The notes under the pieces: model-generated
Database searches by the model: none
What the model was told of the DNA's origin: nothing
The model's input: only the letters and a program-made list of their open reading frames with translations
Shown here: piece by piece, positions 1 through 14,500 of the stretch
How positions within the stretch are numbered: the stretch's first letter is position 1
Layout: each line of letters opens with the position of its first letter
Assembly (NCBI RefSeq): GCF_037042905.1
Contig: NC_087245.1
Location: 12,588,001 to 12,652,000, forward strand
DNA from: Lytechinus pictus
Taxonomy: Eukaryota
DNA: 64,000 bases
Direction of reading: 5' to 3'
Translations under genes and position numbers: made by a program

Positions 1-356
1 CAGACAATACCCTGGGGTGTCGCGAGCTCGAACGCCCGAGAAGCGAACGCAACAAGCCTGCGAATAATCTCCAAAATAATGGCTATAAAGTAAAAAGCGA
101 ACACACAATACTAGTACGTACACGCACCACATACACAATCAATCATTCTTTCGCTGCATGTTTTAGCGATCAGGATTACAACCAAGCGACAGGTGGGAAT
201 ATCGCGAGTGGTTTTTATTCATATTCTGTTGGCGCCGAACGAAAAAGTGGATATACTATCTGTATTAGATTGGAAAGTGGCGAGAAATTATCCATAGCTG
301 GAAAACTACGGAATAAACCCCTCTCCATCGAATTCTGTTGATATTTCAACAACTTG
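1..356 (+). other. Probable promoter / non-coding first exon of the ankyrin gene
   Basis: CpG-rich relative to flanks; ends in donor TTG|GTAAGA (GT at 357); the next acceptor with coding potential is at 5564. No transcript evidence. Confidence 0.4.
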
Positions 357-1811
357 GTAAGAATAATCTGCCGAATAAGATTGTCGTCAACTCATCATCA
401 TGTTAACATAAAAGTTGTGTCTTTAAGATCGATCTTATATTTCATCATTTTGTTTACATTTGTACTACATTGCAAGACCGAGGCATAATTATCATTATAA
501 GTAATTTAAAAATAGAGCTTTTTGGAACGTGATGAAATTAGTTTAAAGATTTCGCAGACGAAATAAACCATGAGTCCATTCACTACAGTGTGTCATGGCC
601 CGATGATATTTCAAGCCAAACTATATACTTGTAATGTATATAGTTCAATTTGCTTATATGGTTCGTTCCCTCCATATTATATATGGACTCTAAAGCTGGT
701 CACAGGGATGCTTCAGTAATTAAAACTCTTATTAGATTGAATACCCTAGAAACCAGCCTTAATGAATTAGATTTTATGATTCTAATTTTCGAGTTCTTAA
801 ATCTTACTTCATTATGTTCATATCGATAATTCATGCAGGCCTAATGCCAAATAAAAAATGATATTTGTTTTTCGAAAAGTTATCATTCAGATTTGAAAAA
901 CCTTCTCCGACTGTAGGTTGATCAACGAAATATACGGGAGCTTAATGCCATTTATCACTCCAATATCGAGTTTCATTAAATATTTGACATTTAATATTGA
1001 TTGGCACGCATCATTATATTGTTCAGATGTATTATACCCCCATTCATTTGATATGTCAAAGTTCATTAAACATTTATGAGATGCATTGAAATTAATTTTT
1101 CACCTTCAATCGTCGACAACAATAAATGGATTCACTTTTAATACGACAAAACTATATCAAATAATTTTTATGACAGGTACATATCAGTCTAGAGGGAGCT
1201 TTTGAGAGAAAACAAAAGGGGAATATTATGTGAAGTTTATAATCTATATCGATTATCTTGTTTTTATTTGTTTGTCTCTTCATTAATCATTTTTATTCAC
1301 TTATTTTATCAAATTATCATTTCCAATGTTTCTCTTTATCTATTTCTTAATTTAGACTTGATTAATTTATATATCTATCTTGTATTTCACACACTTTCTA
1401 TTCTTATATGTATTTGATAACCAACCTATTAAGGGCTCGTGTATTTTATGTCAAATTTTAAAGTGGTTTTTGGATATCATAATATGCATGAGTATAAATT
1501 AGTTAACGAATTAACGAATAAATTGATACAAATAATTGCATTAGTAAATGCGAAAAATCAAGTCAATTAATAAATAATTTAGAGGAAACAAGGAAAAATA
1601 ATAAACACAATTCATATGAAAAATTGAATAAAAGGGATATTTTAGAATTACAAGAATATACCCAGGCTTCCCTCTCTTTTGACACTTTACTAGTTTACTT
1701 TCTTTTTTCCCTTCAATTTCCTTCTTCTTTCCTCTTGTCCTTTTTACCCTTTTCAATACTTGTCCTGCCACCCATCATACCCATGGAGTCACTAACATGT
1801 ATTGCCTTAAA

Positions 1812-2640
1812 GGGAAACCAGCCCTGTTCATAAAATGTTGTGTCGGAAAGGGGAAAAATAAATAAAACAGAATGGTGATAGTGTGAAAGAAATCGCAATG
1901 AGAAAGTCATGGCTGCTTTTAAATTGAGATCTTTAATACTATGTATATTTCAAATTGGCAACTGGGTTCTTAAATTATGATAAGGGGCAAGGCCATGTGA
2001 TTAGGGATTTGTGGTTTTCTCCTACGTACCTATTCCCTTGGGGTAGTAATCAAAATATAACCCAGGTTTATTGTTCTGTTTTATTACCTCCTGAAAGAAA
2101 AATATAGTTTGAAATATAACTTTTGAATTTTTTAAAGCCAATTTATGTATTTGAATACATGGAAGTGTAGTGTGGAGCGTTGTGGCCCAGTGGATTAGTC
2201 TTCGGACTTTGAAACAGAGGGTCGTGGGTTCGAATCCCAGCCATGGCGTAATTTCCTTCGGCAAGAAACTGATCCACAATGTGCTGCACACAACACAGGT
2301 GAGGTAAATGGGTACCGGTAGGAAGTAATTCCTTAAAAAGCTGTGTGCGCTCTGAACGCCTAGCTTAGCCGGGTAATATAGGAGCGCCTTGAGCACCTAA
2401 CAAGGTGGATATGTGCGCAATATAAATACCCTATATTATTATTATCACATATCACATCACATATGCGGCCAATTTGAAGTCTTCACGGGTATAGTGATTA
2501 CTAATGTTTACAACTTTAAAAATTCATATCTTTAAAAATATCATATCTCATTGTTTGTCCGATATTATTTAACCTTTCACCTCGTCTGATATTTCTTTTT
2601 TCCTCTAAAAACAAGTTTTTATTTGGAATGGATTCCCCTT
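1812..2640. mobile_element. Degenerate non-autonomous DNA element, Kolobok-like, interrupted by a SINE
   Basis: Starts TTAA|AGGGAA and ends TTCCCCT|TCAA, with degenerate inverted arms. A similar end (..ACTCCCCCT|TTAA) occurs near 63430-63611. Confidence 0.4.
2173..2444 (+). mobile_element. tRNA-derived SINE (family A)
   Basis: Pol III box A TGGCCCAGTGG and box B GGTTCGAATCC, then a non-tRNA body and a (TAT)n tail. 3' fragments resemble ~5626-5680 (-) and ~58670-58730 (+). Confidence 0.85.
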
Positions 2641-2689
2641 CAACAAGAGAAGCATGTGAAAAGTAATAACTTCACAATAAAATGTAAGG

Positions 2690-2695
<6 letters not shown>

Positions 2696-2763
<68 letters not shown>

Positions 2764-2782
2764 TAGGTCCTTGCTCATCACA

Positions 2783-2823
<41 letters not shown>
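2696..2823. repeat. Two (TA)n microsatellites
   Basis: Pure TA runs at ~2696-2760 and ~2787-2823. Confidence 0.95.
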
Positions 2824-2828
<5 letters not shown>

Positions 2829-5185
2829 ATAAATTTGAAGTTAGCAGGAATTGGGTTATGGGGAAATAAAATAACAAAATTCAATTTTCATTTAAAAAAA
2901 TTAACATTTTTTATCGCTCGGGATTTTAAGATATTTTTCCCACTTGCGCAATGTTGTGCCCCCTTATTTTTATTTTTTGCTCATAACGCCATGCACCGGT
3001 AGGACATTGATTTGGTACAGTGTGTAATTATTAAAAGAAGCAAGTTAAGGGTTGGTTGACCATACTTGTCTTCCCTCTTGAAGTTAGATTTACTCTGTTG
3101 AAGCATTCTAATCAAACTATTCTTAAATACTGATGATTTTGTAATCTGCTGAATCGAGTTCATGGTGGATTGCAAAAGCTTCATTGTTTCACCTACTTTA
3201 TTTAAAGTATGCAATATCTTACAAAGTATCATAAATTTGTTTCTCACGGTTAACTCCGTTTTAATCACGATCGATCTTTATCCTTCCATGCTCTATATAG
3301 ATCTTCATCAGCAAGGTTATGCATATTGTAGCAGAGTTTCATAATCTATTCCCAGCCTGATAATATATAAAGACTGGTGTATCTGTAAAGCTCTCTCATC
3401 CCGTGGTAATCAAAAATGTGAATATTAAGATGCATTCTCATTAAACAACCCAAATAAAACATGAACAGATGTAATGAACTGTACGAGTACGTCGTATGTT
3501 CATGTAATTGAATTATTGATTTATAATCAAGATTGGTACAAAACAAAATAACAGTGATTAAACTGTGAGTCTACAGTAATAATGTCTATTATCGTTATTT
3601 CATATAAATATCAACTATTGTTTCTGTTATGTTATGTGATAAACCTATTTGTAAAATGATATCCTGTTAAAATAAATTACAATGAAATAAAACCCAACAA
3701 ACAAAATAATAAATATTGTCTAATGTCGATTAGTAACCAATTAATAATGAATACGAATAATGTGTACAAATCATAAATCGAATGAAAAAAAGAAGCTGTA
3801 AAATGAAAAATGACGAACGCTTATACGCCATAATTTAGTAAATTTACCATGATAATAAACTCAATTAGATTTTATTTAATGTCATGATGTCAAGACTATA
3901 AATTAAATTAGAAAAACTTTTTACCATCAAAATAACACAGCCAATCGTGATGTTGGTATTGTTCATAATCAATTTATATTTCATAAAAAATTTTACTTTG
4001 GTTATCCAATTTGACGTCTTAAAAGTATTCAAGAAATTAAATAGCGATTCCAAGTATTTTGTGCATAATGTCAGATTAATTGTAAAGAAAAGGGGGAATT
4101 TTGTTCAGTGATTCTACCAGAGCATTCCATCCAATCCATTTTGACTCACACCTCACCAATTGTTATGCAGTAAGATCATGACATTTTTATTATCTACCAT
4201 ATAACACTTGCCCCGATTTCATACTTTCTTCTTCTTCTTCTTCTTATTCTTCTTCTCCTCCTCCTTTCCTTCTTTTCCATCATTATCATCATCTTCTTCT
4301 TTATCTTCTCCTTCATCTCCTCCACCGATCAGTGGCGGAAATCAATAGCTGCAGGGATTCGTTCGCGTTCGACACACATGCATTAAAAACATCTGATTAA
4401 AATACAAAGAAATATACAATCAAATTTATAGTTTCCTTTGGTCGAATACTGTATACTCCTTCAAGGTTGAGTATATATGCAGACATGAATATCATATCTG
4501 TACATATTTTGCATACTTATAAAACATCTCGTAGATAATAACATTGGCTCTGCAATGACGTGCTCTAGGGAGTATTTCGACTTTCACTTCTTTAAATAGC
4601 CTTTGATGTTGACAAAGATAATCAGAACTCAACGATCCCTTATGTCACAACATTATTGAATGCTGCTCTCGGATATGTCAAAATTGGCTATTGCTATGTA
4701 TGTGCCTCTGTATATGCCATTGAACTCCATGTCAACCCTTGTTCATGTTTGTATATAATTTGTCTGTAAAAGTGTAAAATTGTTTTCTTCCCTTCACCCT
4801 TCACCTCCTTTTTCATAATTTGCAAAAGTTTTTTTTTCCTCAATTTACATTGAAATCAATCAACATAATACATATCCCAATATTTTTGTGTCTTTTTATC
4901 GGTCATTCTATTTTCTCTCTATATAGCATTATCCCCCTTAATGATATTTCTGTAATGTGTAGAACCTCGAGTGCAATATTTGATCTTACTCTTATGTTCT
5001 TATTACATTTTGTTAATTCGTAGGTATATAATTTAATGTATTTTTCCTTTTTTCTGTTAACTTTGTATGTGTCAGTCTGCGGACTGTTTTACAATGTCTT
5101 TTCATAATAAACCGAAATTGAATTGAATTGGATTCGTCTCGAAGCGCTTTACATTTTTAAAATTCCTTTTGAATGTTTTGTCATA

Positions 5186-5380
5186 TACTGTAAAAACGCT
5201 GTTACATGATGTAAAAGTGTTAAGCAACACTGTTTAAGCCTGTCACTCTAACAACTATCGCTTAAACTCTTAAACAATTGTTTAAAATTTTTAAACAACT
5301 TTTAAAAAAGTTTCAACAATAGTTGTTAGAGTGACGGGCTTACAGCGTTGCTTAACATTTTTAACAATGTTTTTACAGTG
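5186..5380. mobile_element. Palindromic MITE, CACTG-type termini
   Basis: TA|TACTGTAAAAAC...GTTTTTACAGTG|TA; inner arms GTCACTCTAACAACTAT / ATAGTTGTTAGAGTGAC. Confidence 0.75.
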
Positions 5381-5567
5381 TAACTACTACTAGTCCGGTC
5401 ATTAGAAACGGGTGTGATTAAAGATTATGAGAATAAGTTGATCTAATCTGAGATATAAAATTACATTAATAGGCCTTTTTTCCACTTTCTCTACACAAGT
5501 TATCATATTTCTCACCGTGATGGTTCCGGTTCTTCTCGCCTGGTGGTAACTGCATCATTTAAAGATC

Positions 5568-8500
5568 ATGAGTAATTGGAGTATCAAACAACGATTGCGG
5601 GAGGTATTGGGCATTTCTTTTATTTATAATAATAATAATAATAATAATAATACATGTGACTCATAAAGCGCTCAAGGCGCATTTATCAGTTCATTTTTCA
5701 TCAGTTTATCATTATCAGTTTTACAATATAGATCACTCTACCGAGTAAATTACTAATGCTCAATGATTGTATCATGCTTCTGTAGAGTATCTCCAAATTA
5801 ACAAGAGCTTGATATCGAAATATGACACATTTCATATGAAAAATTCTTATATTGATGAAATTTTCAGCAGAATGTTTTGTTTGATATTTTTACAATATTT
5901 ACCAGATCAATTTTGTTATTGTCATTGACTGTGCCTTTCATAAGGTAGCACATATACGAATATCGATATTTTACATATTTTTATTGTTCAGGAAATTTTG
6001 GAAGCCGTTGAAAAAGGAGATACGGAGAAAGTTGAATACTTGCTTGACAGAGGAGCAGATGTAAACGAAAGTGAGGTAGGATAAACAAAAAATCAAATTA
6101 GTTCATGTTAGGTTGTAAATATAACTTCATAAATTGGTATCTATCTAAATCTTATACGGAACACCATGTTTTGAAATTAGTTGTGGAAAATGGGATCGTT
6201 AACAATAAATCAGTATTCAAATTAAAGATGAAATGAATATGATATTAAAAGAAATCTTAATCTCTTTAATGTCACACTTTAAACAATCCACCAAGAGTTA
6301 TTACCGAAAGTAAATAGAATAACTTATTTCATTTCCTGAATCTAAATGACATTAATCAGCCTTTTAAAACTTTCATTTAAAAAATGAAACACAAAGTGTA
6401 TATGGCATGACGTGGTTTTATAGCTGATAAGATATATGCCTATAGAGACTAATTATAATAATTATATTATGATTGAAATAAGATTATTGCTACCATCTTT
6501 ATTATTCATTTGAAATTGATTATTTTGTCATTCTATATTTCAGGGAGGTTATATTGCCAAGAAAACTGTTCTGTTATTAGCAATAGAGAAAAATCATGAA
6601 CACATTGCAAAGCTCTTGGTTGATAAGGGTGCTGATTTAACCGTCACTGTAACAGTAAGTATAGTACTCTTATTCTCCGTCTGTTGAAATGTTTTCTGAT
6701 TTAACCGTCACTGTAACAGTAAGTATAGTACTCTCATTCTCTATCTGTTGAAATGTTTTCTGATTTAACCGTCACTGTAACAGTAAGTATAGTACTCTTA
6801 TTCTCCGTCTGTTGAAATGTTTTCTGATTTAACCGTCACTGTAACAGTAAGTATAGTACTCTCATTCTCTATCTGTTGAAATGTTTTCTGATTTAACCGT
6901 CACTGTAACAGTAAGTATAGTACTCTCATTCTCCGTCTGTTGAAATGTTTTCTGATTTAACCGTCACTGTAACAGTAAGTATAGTACTCTTATTCTCCGT
7001 CTGTTGAAATGTTTTCTGATTTAACCGTCACTGTAACAGTAAGTATAGTACTCTCATTCTCTATCTGTTGAAATGTTTTCTGATTTAACCGTCACTGTAA
7101 CATTAAGTATAGTACTCTCATTCTCCGTCTGTTGAAATGTTTTGTAAACTTGTCACCATTATGTACATTTCGATTGATACATTTAATAATTCGGAATAAT
7201 AGAACTTTGTTTACATTATTATTGGTGTTTGTGCATATATAGGTTGTATCTGCCGAGTCCTCAGTTTTTCAAATACTTTATGAATAATTAAATTCGTACA
7301 TCTTACGATATAGTGATTTATCAAAATTATCCTAGTGAGTCAGGAAAAGTTTACACCTACAAAATCGCAATTTCTATTTTTTTAAATGTCCGGAACACGA
7401 CACTGTCATATATGTCATGAGAGGGAATGTTATCCATTGAAGCCATGTTCATGTGCTATATGTTTACGCTTGAATAATTATGAAATTTTCTGTATTGCGA
7501 TGTAAAGTTCAATTTACGCCAAATAGGCATAAGGCTTGAGTTTTTTATCTACGGGTTTTATCTTTGTTGAATTATCATTCTTCTTCATCGTCTCCTCCGT
7601 GAGCATTGACTGATTTTTCAATATTGATTTTGGTTTATTTTTATTTTCTAAATTTAATTTCAGTTAACTGGTACGAAAAAGACGTTACCCGACATTGCCA
7701 GAGACAAGGGATTCAATGACTTGGCTAACCACATGCAATATAAACTTGACATGAATGAGGTTCGTATAATCCATTATTGTTTGTTTTCTCTACAGAAACT
7801 AAGGACCTACTTCAATTTTTATTCTGTCGCCTGGTCACTTATCAAGAGTGCATATAGAATAATAAGCAACCGAACACACAATCACTTGCAGTAGACAATA
7901 TCGACTATATACCTTTGCACGTTGTCCCTGATATGATCAATTTATTTTCGATTACGTCAGTGGTCTGGATAACTGACGTTTTGACCATTTTTTATACCGT
8001 CAGTCATAGAATTTAGTGTGTATAGGCCTATTAGTCGTGTTTTTTGTATATTTCCCAACATGATTTCGCTTACTGCATTAGTTATTGATACATGTAATTA
8101 GAGATAGATCTGTTAACAATAAAGAAAATCTTATCAGCAACTTAGATATAAATAGTTTGGATGAAAACAAATTATTGTATGAAGGTTACTATTTCTTTAA
8201 AAAAATATTGGGTAAAATTTTAACCAGCACGAGGGTATTTATTTGTCCAACCAATTTGGGGCAGTATTTTACCCAATGCGGGAAGCATATTGTCCAGTCA
8301 GGTTAAAAAATAAGCAGCAATTACTTTAGAATGGGCAAAACTTTCATTACACTGGATAAATCAAAATACCCAAAAGAAATGCCCAATGTTGGTTAGACAC
8401 ATAATTATCCCCATGGAGCATTTTTACCCAATATTTTTTTTTTTAGAGTGCAGCTTAAATGTTTGTTATTGATGTGTTAAAATATGCAGAGATTAACAGC

Positions 8501-11500
8501 TTCGGTTAAAGACGGTTATATCGATTACGTACAAGACAACATCAATCGAGGTGGTGATGTCAACGTCATGTATCGAGTAAGTATAGTATCAATAATTATT
8601 TATCCGATGTTTGTACGCATTCTTATGCAAATGATACAATCAAAATAAGGAGAAAATGGGACATAACATATAATTCCAGTAAGTGTTTTACAAAGCCTGT
8701 CCCTCCTACGGATGTTTCAAAATGCGGACCAAAATAATGAACATCTCAATGATTAGAATTTCATTAGCTAAGGTTGAATGAAAATATTGATTAAGGTATT
8801 AAGGTATATTTTCAGGTCAAAGCAAAATTTTGCTTTGCTTAAAGTCTGATTTTTTTTTTCGAAAAACGAATAGTCCAGAATGCATTCCTGTAGACGGGTG
8901 AGCTTTATAAGTCTGTGTTAATGCCAAACTAATGATCACAGATTTTATGATGATGCACTTCATTTTGACCAAATAGCCTACACCACGCCGACAATTAAAA
9001 TTGTTGGTTTTATATCATACTTATAAAACAGCAATATAGCTTGCTTATAATTTATTTATCATTCTTAAAGTATAATTATGCTGTATTTTACCTCTAACAA
9101 TTCCCTCATTTTTGCCTTGTAAACCAAACAGCCTCCTGAAATAGACCAACCAGATTGTACACTATTACAACTAGCTCTCATAAAAGGTCACGTGGATATT
9201 GCCAAGATCTTACTTCAAAATGGCGTCGAGTTACATTACGTGATGAAGGTATTTTAAAAGCATTATACACTCCTACTATACCCGGGCCCCCTCAAAAAAG
9301 AAAAACGCGGAAAACAAAGTGCGATGCCAAAGGGGGGTGTACGCAGGGGCGAAGATGAGAAGACGTGATAAATTGTGCATTTAATAATTAATATACCCCT
9401 TCTTTTATATCAAAAATATGTTTTGGGTCTTCTTAACCCGACTATCAAAATAAGCCAACGCAGCACCTTGGAAATGGGGCAAATGTACCAATACGAGATG
9501 TGGAGACTTCGAGTCAACTATGCATGTATCTAACCAAATTTGCACTCACATGATTGTTATGAATTTGAAATTCTTGCTGTCATCATGGTCATGTACATTG
9601 TCATTATCATGAAAGTGAAAAGAGGCAAATTATGGATCTTACCAAATTGCGCAAGGGTGGCGATTTTATGTTGAGAGTGTGGGGGGGGGGGGCGGCGTCA
9701 AAGTTGACCGCCTCAAATCTGGAGCGGTCAGAGCAGGATATTTGGCTGAAAAAACCTCAAAGCAATCAGAACATGCAATCACATCAGCTTATTTTACAAA
9801 ATATTACAATGAAAGATACAAAGTTGTAATTTCGAAGGTGTTTCCAATGTGATATTGATTTGCTCCTTAGAGGTGTTACGTTGAACTTGCCAGTCTGAAT
9901 ATGTAGCTATAAAAGGATGTGATAGAGGTTTGACGGATGCCGATATATGAGAGGTGACTACTAAAGGAATCAAACCAGCCATTGATTGAAAAAAGGAGAA
10001 GATAACGCGGGTTATAAATTTACAACTAAGTGCTCCCTCATGATAAATGTACGTGTTCATGATGAAACCACCCTTGGCATCAATCAATGTTGTTTTCCTG
10101 CATTGTGGGGGCTCTCTATTGTGTAACTTATTGTTACATGGAGCTCGTTCATATCATGTTTATGATTACTTAGCAACGAATGTAAAATCAAATGTCATTT
10201 ATGCACCGCCCCCAGCCTTCTATTCTCTCCCAAACACCCCATGCAGCGTCTTTGCTATATACTCATCCCGTTGTGTTCTTTTTTTTCTTTGTCACCATGC
10301 AGTCGAGGTAGGAGGTGACTGCTTCCTATTCAAGCATCAAATATATTTGAACAGAATAATAAAATATAAGAGAGAAAAAAGGGAAGAAGACAAAATCGTG
10401 TTGAAAAGGGTGACTTAGCCGTAGATCATGATGAATACCCCTTATTTTTTCATCACCGAAAAACGTCTACTTCACCCCTATTGAAATACACTTGCTCTTC
10501 CCCGCTTTAAACCTTAATATTAATTATGTTTGGTAAAACTGATGTATATTTGTGCACGTATATATTCAACTATTCAAGCCTACAAGCCCCCAACCTTCAT
10601 TTTCTTGGGGGTCTTATCGGTTATGTTCTAATATATTTCTTAGCCTTGTTACCTATTTACATGGATTGTTGTATTGAGTACTGATTGAATAAAGACAATG
10701 TATCAGTATACAGAATGCTACATAAACCATTAACAAAACAGACGTGCGTTTCCCGAAAAAAAAAATCAAATTTGTAAGTCCATCAGTCTCCCACAAATGG
10801 GGCCTATTTATAACAATTATTATTATTTTAGGTGTCTTGATATACGTGCAAAATGCAAATTTTCAACAAACTACTCTGAGATTATTTTACCTGAAAGGTA
10901 TAATGACCCTTTTAATGATATTACATTGATATTACAATGATATTACACGACAGTTTGCATCTGATTGAAATAGATTTCATGATACATTTGTAATCCTAAG
11001 TCTTATTTTTATAATTCCATTATTTTTTAATTACATATTTAGTGGGATGATCAGTCAGAAGATACGGCGAAAACCTATGCAGAAAGAATGAATTATGACG
11101 ATATTGTCAAATTAATCGAGGAAAAATTAAAAGTATTACCAAACAACGTAAGTATGAAACTTATCATATTAAGGCGATGCCAAGTATCAATTTTCATTTC
11201 TATTTATAGTATCCGAATTGTCTTTAAAAATGTTAAAATATTGTGCTCCCCTTCAAACAGTAGCTGGGTAGATAAATGATTAACAAGATATTGAAATTTT
11301 GTTTTAGCCGGTTCTTTTACGCCCTCAAATCACGCTCCCGGAACCCCCCAAAATAAGATATTGTTACTCAATAAAGGACTCCGTGCATGGACGTAAAAAC
11401 TCTGTCAAAAATGAAATAAAGCGTGTAAAGTAAGCATTTCAGAAAAAGTGTACTTTTCAGATAGAGTGGAGAACACAGTGTACTAATTTGAGAGCATTGG

Positions 11501-14500
11501 ATGCATGGACGCGTTCACTTGAGTCCTACGATATAAGCACTCTTTCAAATTTCTTACCAATTATAAAATAATTGTTTCATATTTATATCAAGAAGTGCGT
11601 GCATATTCAGTAGTCATTTGTTTGTTCATTTCCATAGGTTTATGAACTTATGTAACGTACGTTCTGCACGTAACCTCTCGAATTATACAACAGCGTAATT
11701 TTTTACGATTTGTAATTTTTATATTTATTGCATTCTGCCTCTTTTCTAAAAGGCTCTTAACATTGTTACCATAGAAACAAATCCTCTATCGAAATTAAGA
11801 GTTAATCCATGTTTTTCGACATTTCCCACCTAAATAACATGATAATATAATAGGTTTCTTCGAAATGAGTGAAGAAAATGAATCTTTATTCTAAACATTA
11901 TAAAACGTTATACACGCTTCTTTCCAACTAATAGAATTCCAAAGTGGCTAATGGGAACGGCGTTTCAAATTATGAGGTAAGTAAAACTTGAAACTTTTTA
12001 CAAATATTTTAACGACATAGCTGCATAGTTGAGAATACTAGTACCAGAAATCAAGGTGCAGTTTACGGATAAAATCATTGGTGGGACCCATGGGGGTGGC
12101 GGTGATGGTGGTGGCGGTGGTGATGATGATGATGGTGGTGGTGATGGTGATGATGATGGTGATGGTGATGATGATAGTGGTGGTGGTGATGATGGTGATG
12201 ATGGTGGTGGTGATGACGATGATGATGGCGGTGGTGGTGGTGATGGTGATGATGATGGTGGTGGTGATTATGATGAAGGTAGTGATGATGGTGGTGGTGG
12301 TGATGGTAATGATGGTGATGATGATATGGTGAAGATGATGGTGATGATGACGATGATGATGATGGTGGAGATGATGATGGTGATGGTGGTGGTGGTGATG
12401 CTGATGATGGTGGTGGTGGTGGTGGTGATGATGATGATGGTGGTGATGATGATGATGATGGTGGTGGTGGTGATGATGATGATGATGATGATGGTGGTGG
12501 TGGAGATGATGATGATGATGGTGGAGATGATGATGACGATGATGATGATGGTGAGAATGGTGAAGATGATGGTGATGATGACCATGATGATAGTGGTGGA
12601 GATGATGATGATGGTGATGATGATGGTGGTGGTGGTGGTGATGGTGATGATGGTGGTGGTGGTGATGATGATGATGGTAGTGATGATGGTGGTGGTAGTG
12701 ATGATGATGGTGGTGGTGATGATGATGGTTGTGGTGGTGGTGGTGATGGTGATGATGGTGGTGATGATGATGATGATGATGGTGGTGGAGATGATGATGA
12801 TGATGGTGGAGAGGATGGTGATGATGATGATGATGGTGGTGGTGGTGCTGATAGAGATGAAGGTGGTGGTGGTGGTGGTGATGATGATGATGATGGTTGT
12901 GGTGGAGGTGGTGGTGATGGTGATGATAATGGTGGTGATGATGATGATGATGATGGTGGAGATGATGATGATGATGGTGGTGGTGTAGGAGATGATGATG
13001 ATGATGATGGTGCAGATGATGATGATGATGATAATGATGATGGTGGTGGTGGTGATGGTGATGATGATGGTGGTGGTGGTGATGATGATGATGGTAGTGA
13101 TGATGGCGGTGGTGGTGATGGTGATGATGATGCTGGTGATGATGATGATGGTGATGATGATGATGATGATAAACATTTTAGACCAATAATGAAAATAGCG
13201 TTCATGAATCATTTATCGTCTTCGGTATCAAGTATGATAAATATATTTTGGCAATATTTCCCTCTGAGTACGAAAATCTTTCACTCTTTTCATCACAGGA
13301 AATCAACGAAACGAAAGGAAAACACGTTGAAGTATATGATATAGAAGACGTGGATGAATTGCAGGTGTGTTTCTTTCTGCTTCTTTTTTGATAAATCAGT
13401 TTTAGAAATAAGTTTATGATATTTATTTTGGAAAACTATTTGTTTGTGAAGTTACAGCCAAATCAATGTATAAGATTGAGTTGAGTGCTGTATAAACCAA
13501 TGATAATTATGATGCGAGAAGAGAAGGATGAGAGGGAAAGAGGAAGAGTTGTAAGAATAGATAGGCATGATAGGGGGAGGAGGAACGGAAGGAAAAGAAT
13601 ATGATAATGAAGAAAACGAAGCTCTACAATTATACGGGAAGAATTTTGAAAAAGAAACAGGAAATGAAAATGAGTAATAATCTTTCTAATGATGATGATG
13701 ATGATGATGATAATAATAACAATAATGTATTTTTGTAGCTTTTGATACTAGTATTTATCATGTTTTTATATTGTACAATTTGAATATGGTAATAAAAGAA
13801 TGGAATTGAATTGAATTGAATAATAATAATGAAAATGATAATAATGATGATAATAAAAACAATAATAATTCAGTTTTAATAATAATTATAGTAATATCAT
13901 GATCATCATGAACATCGTCATCATTTTCATCAGTATCCATATATTCCAGAGCGTAGAACTCTACCTCACATTATGTTACCTTCCAAAGTTCACTTGATTA
14001 CTCGTCTCTTAATCGTGCGTAAGACTATGCGTCACTACCATGGTGACAAGTATTATCTCCATGGTAACATGATGAAATTTACGACACCTGAAAAAAGTTG
14101 ACTATTAGAAAGTCGATATAGATAATTGGGCTCACGAAGGCCTGTGAAATAATTATTTCTGGTTGAATCAATTAGATGTATCGAAGAAATTGAAATATGT
14201 GAGAGATTTAAAAAATAATGTCCTCTCAAGTACAAATGGCCCCGAGAAACAAATATATCTCGCAAAATTTCAAAATTTATCTTAAAAACATACAAAATTA
14301 AAAAGTTCTTATTTGTCTAAGATTGATGTTGGATATCCCAGAATTATCAAATAATGTAAAGGGGGGGGGGGCACCCTCGCGCGAACATGGATATTAAAAA
14401 TCCCCTTAAACGCGTTATGTCCACATGCATTAAGAAAATTAAGAAAATTTAGACAAAATTTTGTGTCTCGCCCACTCGTAAAAATAACCAGAAATATCGT

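Noticed and set aside
2173..2250. tRNA gene
   Set aside because: The tRNA-like head continues into a SINE body and tail, with no proper acceptor stem or T-run terminator. The same applies to the heads at ~27800-27872 and ~41113-41186.
6632..7143. CRISPR-like array
   Set aside because: Head-to-tail repeats with no unique spacers, a eukaryotic intron context and no cas genes.
12029..13212. Long ORFs of 314-376 aa on both strands (poly-M/V, poly-S/P/H, poly-I/T)
   Set aside because: Products of the GAT/GGT microsatellite inside an intron; the flanking exons join in frame without them.
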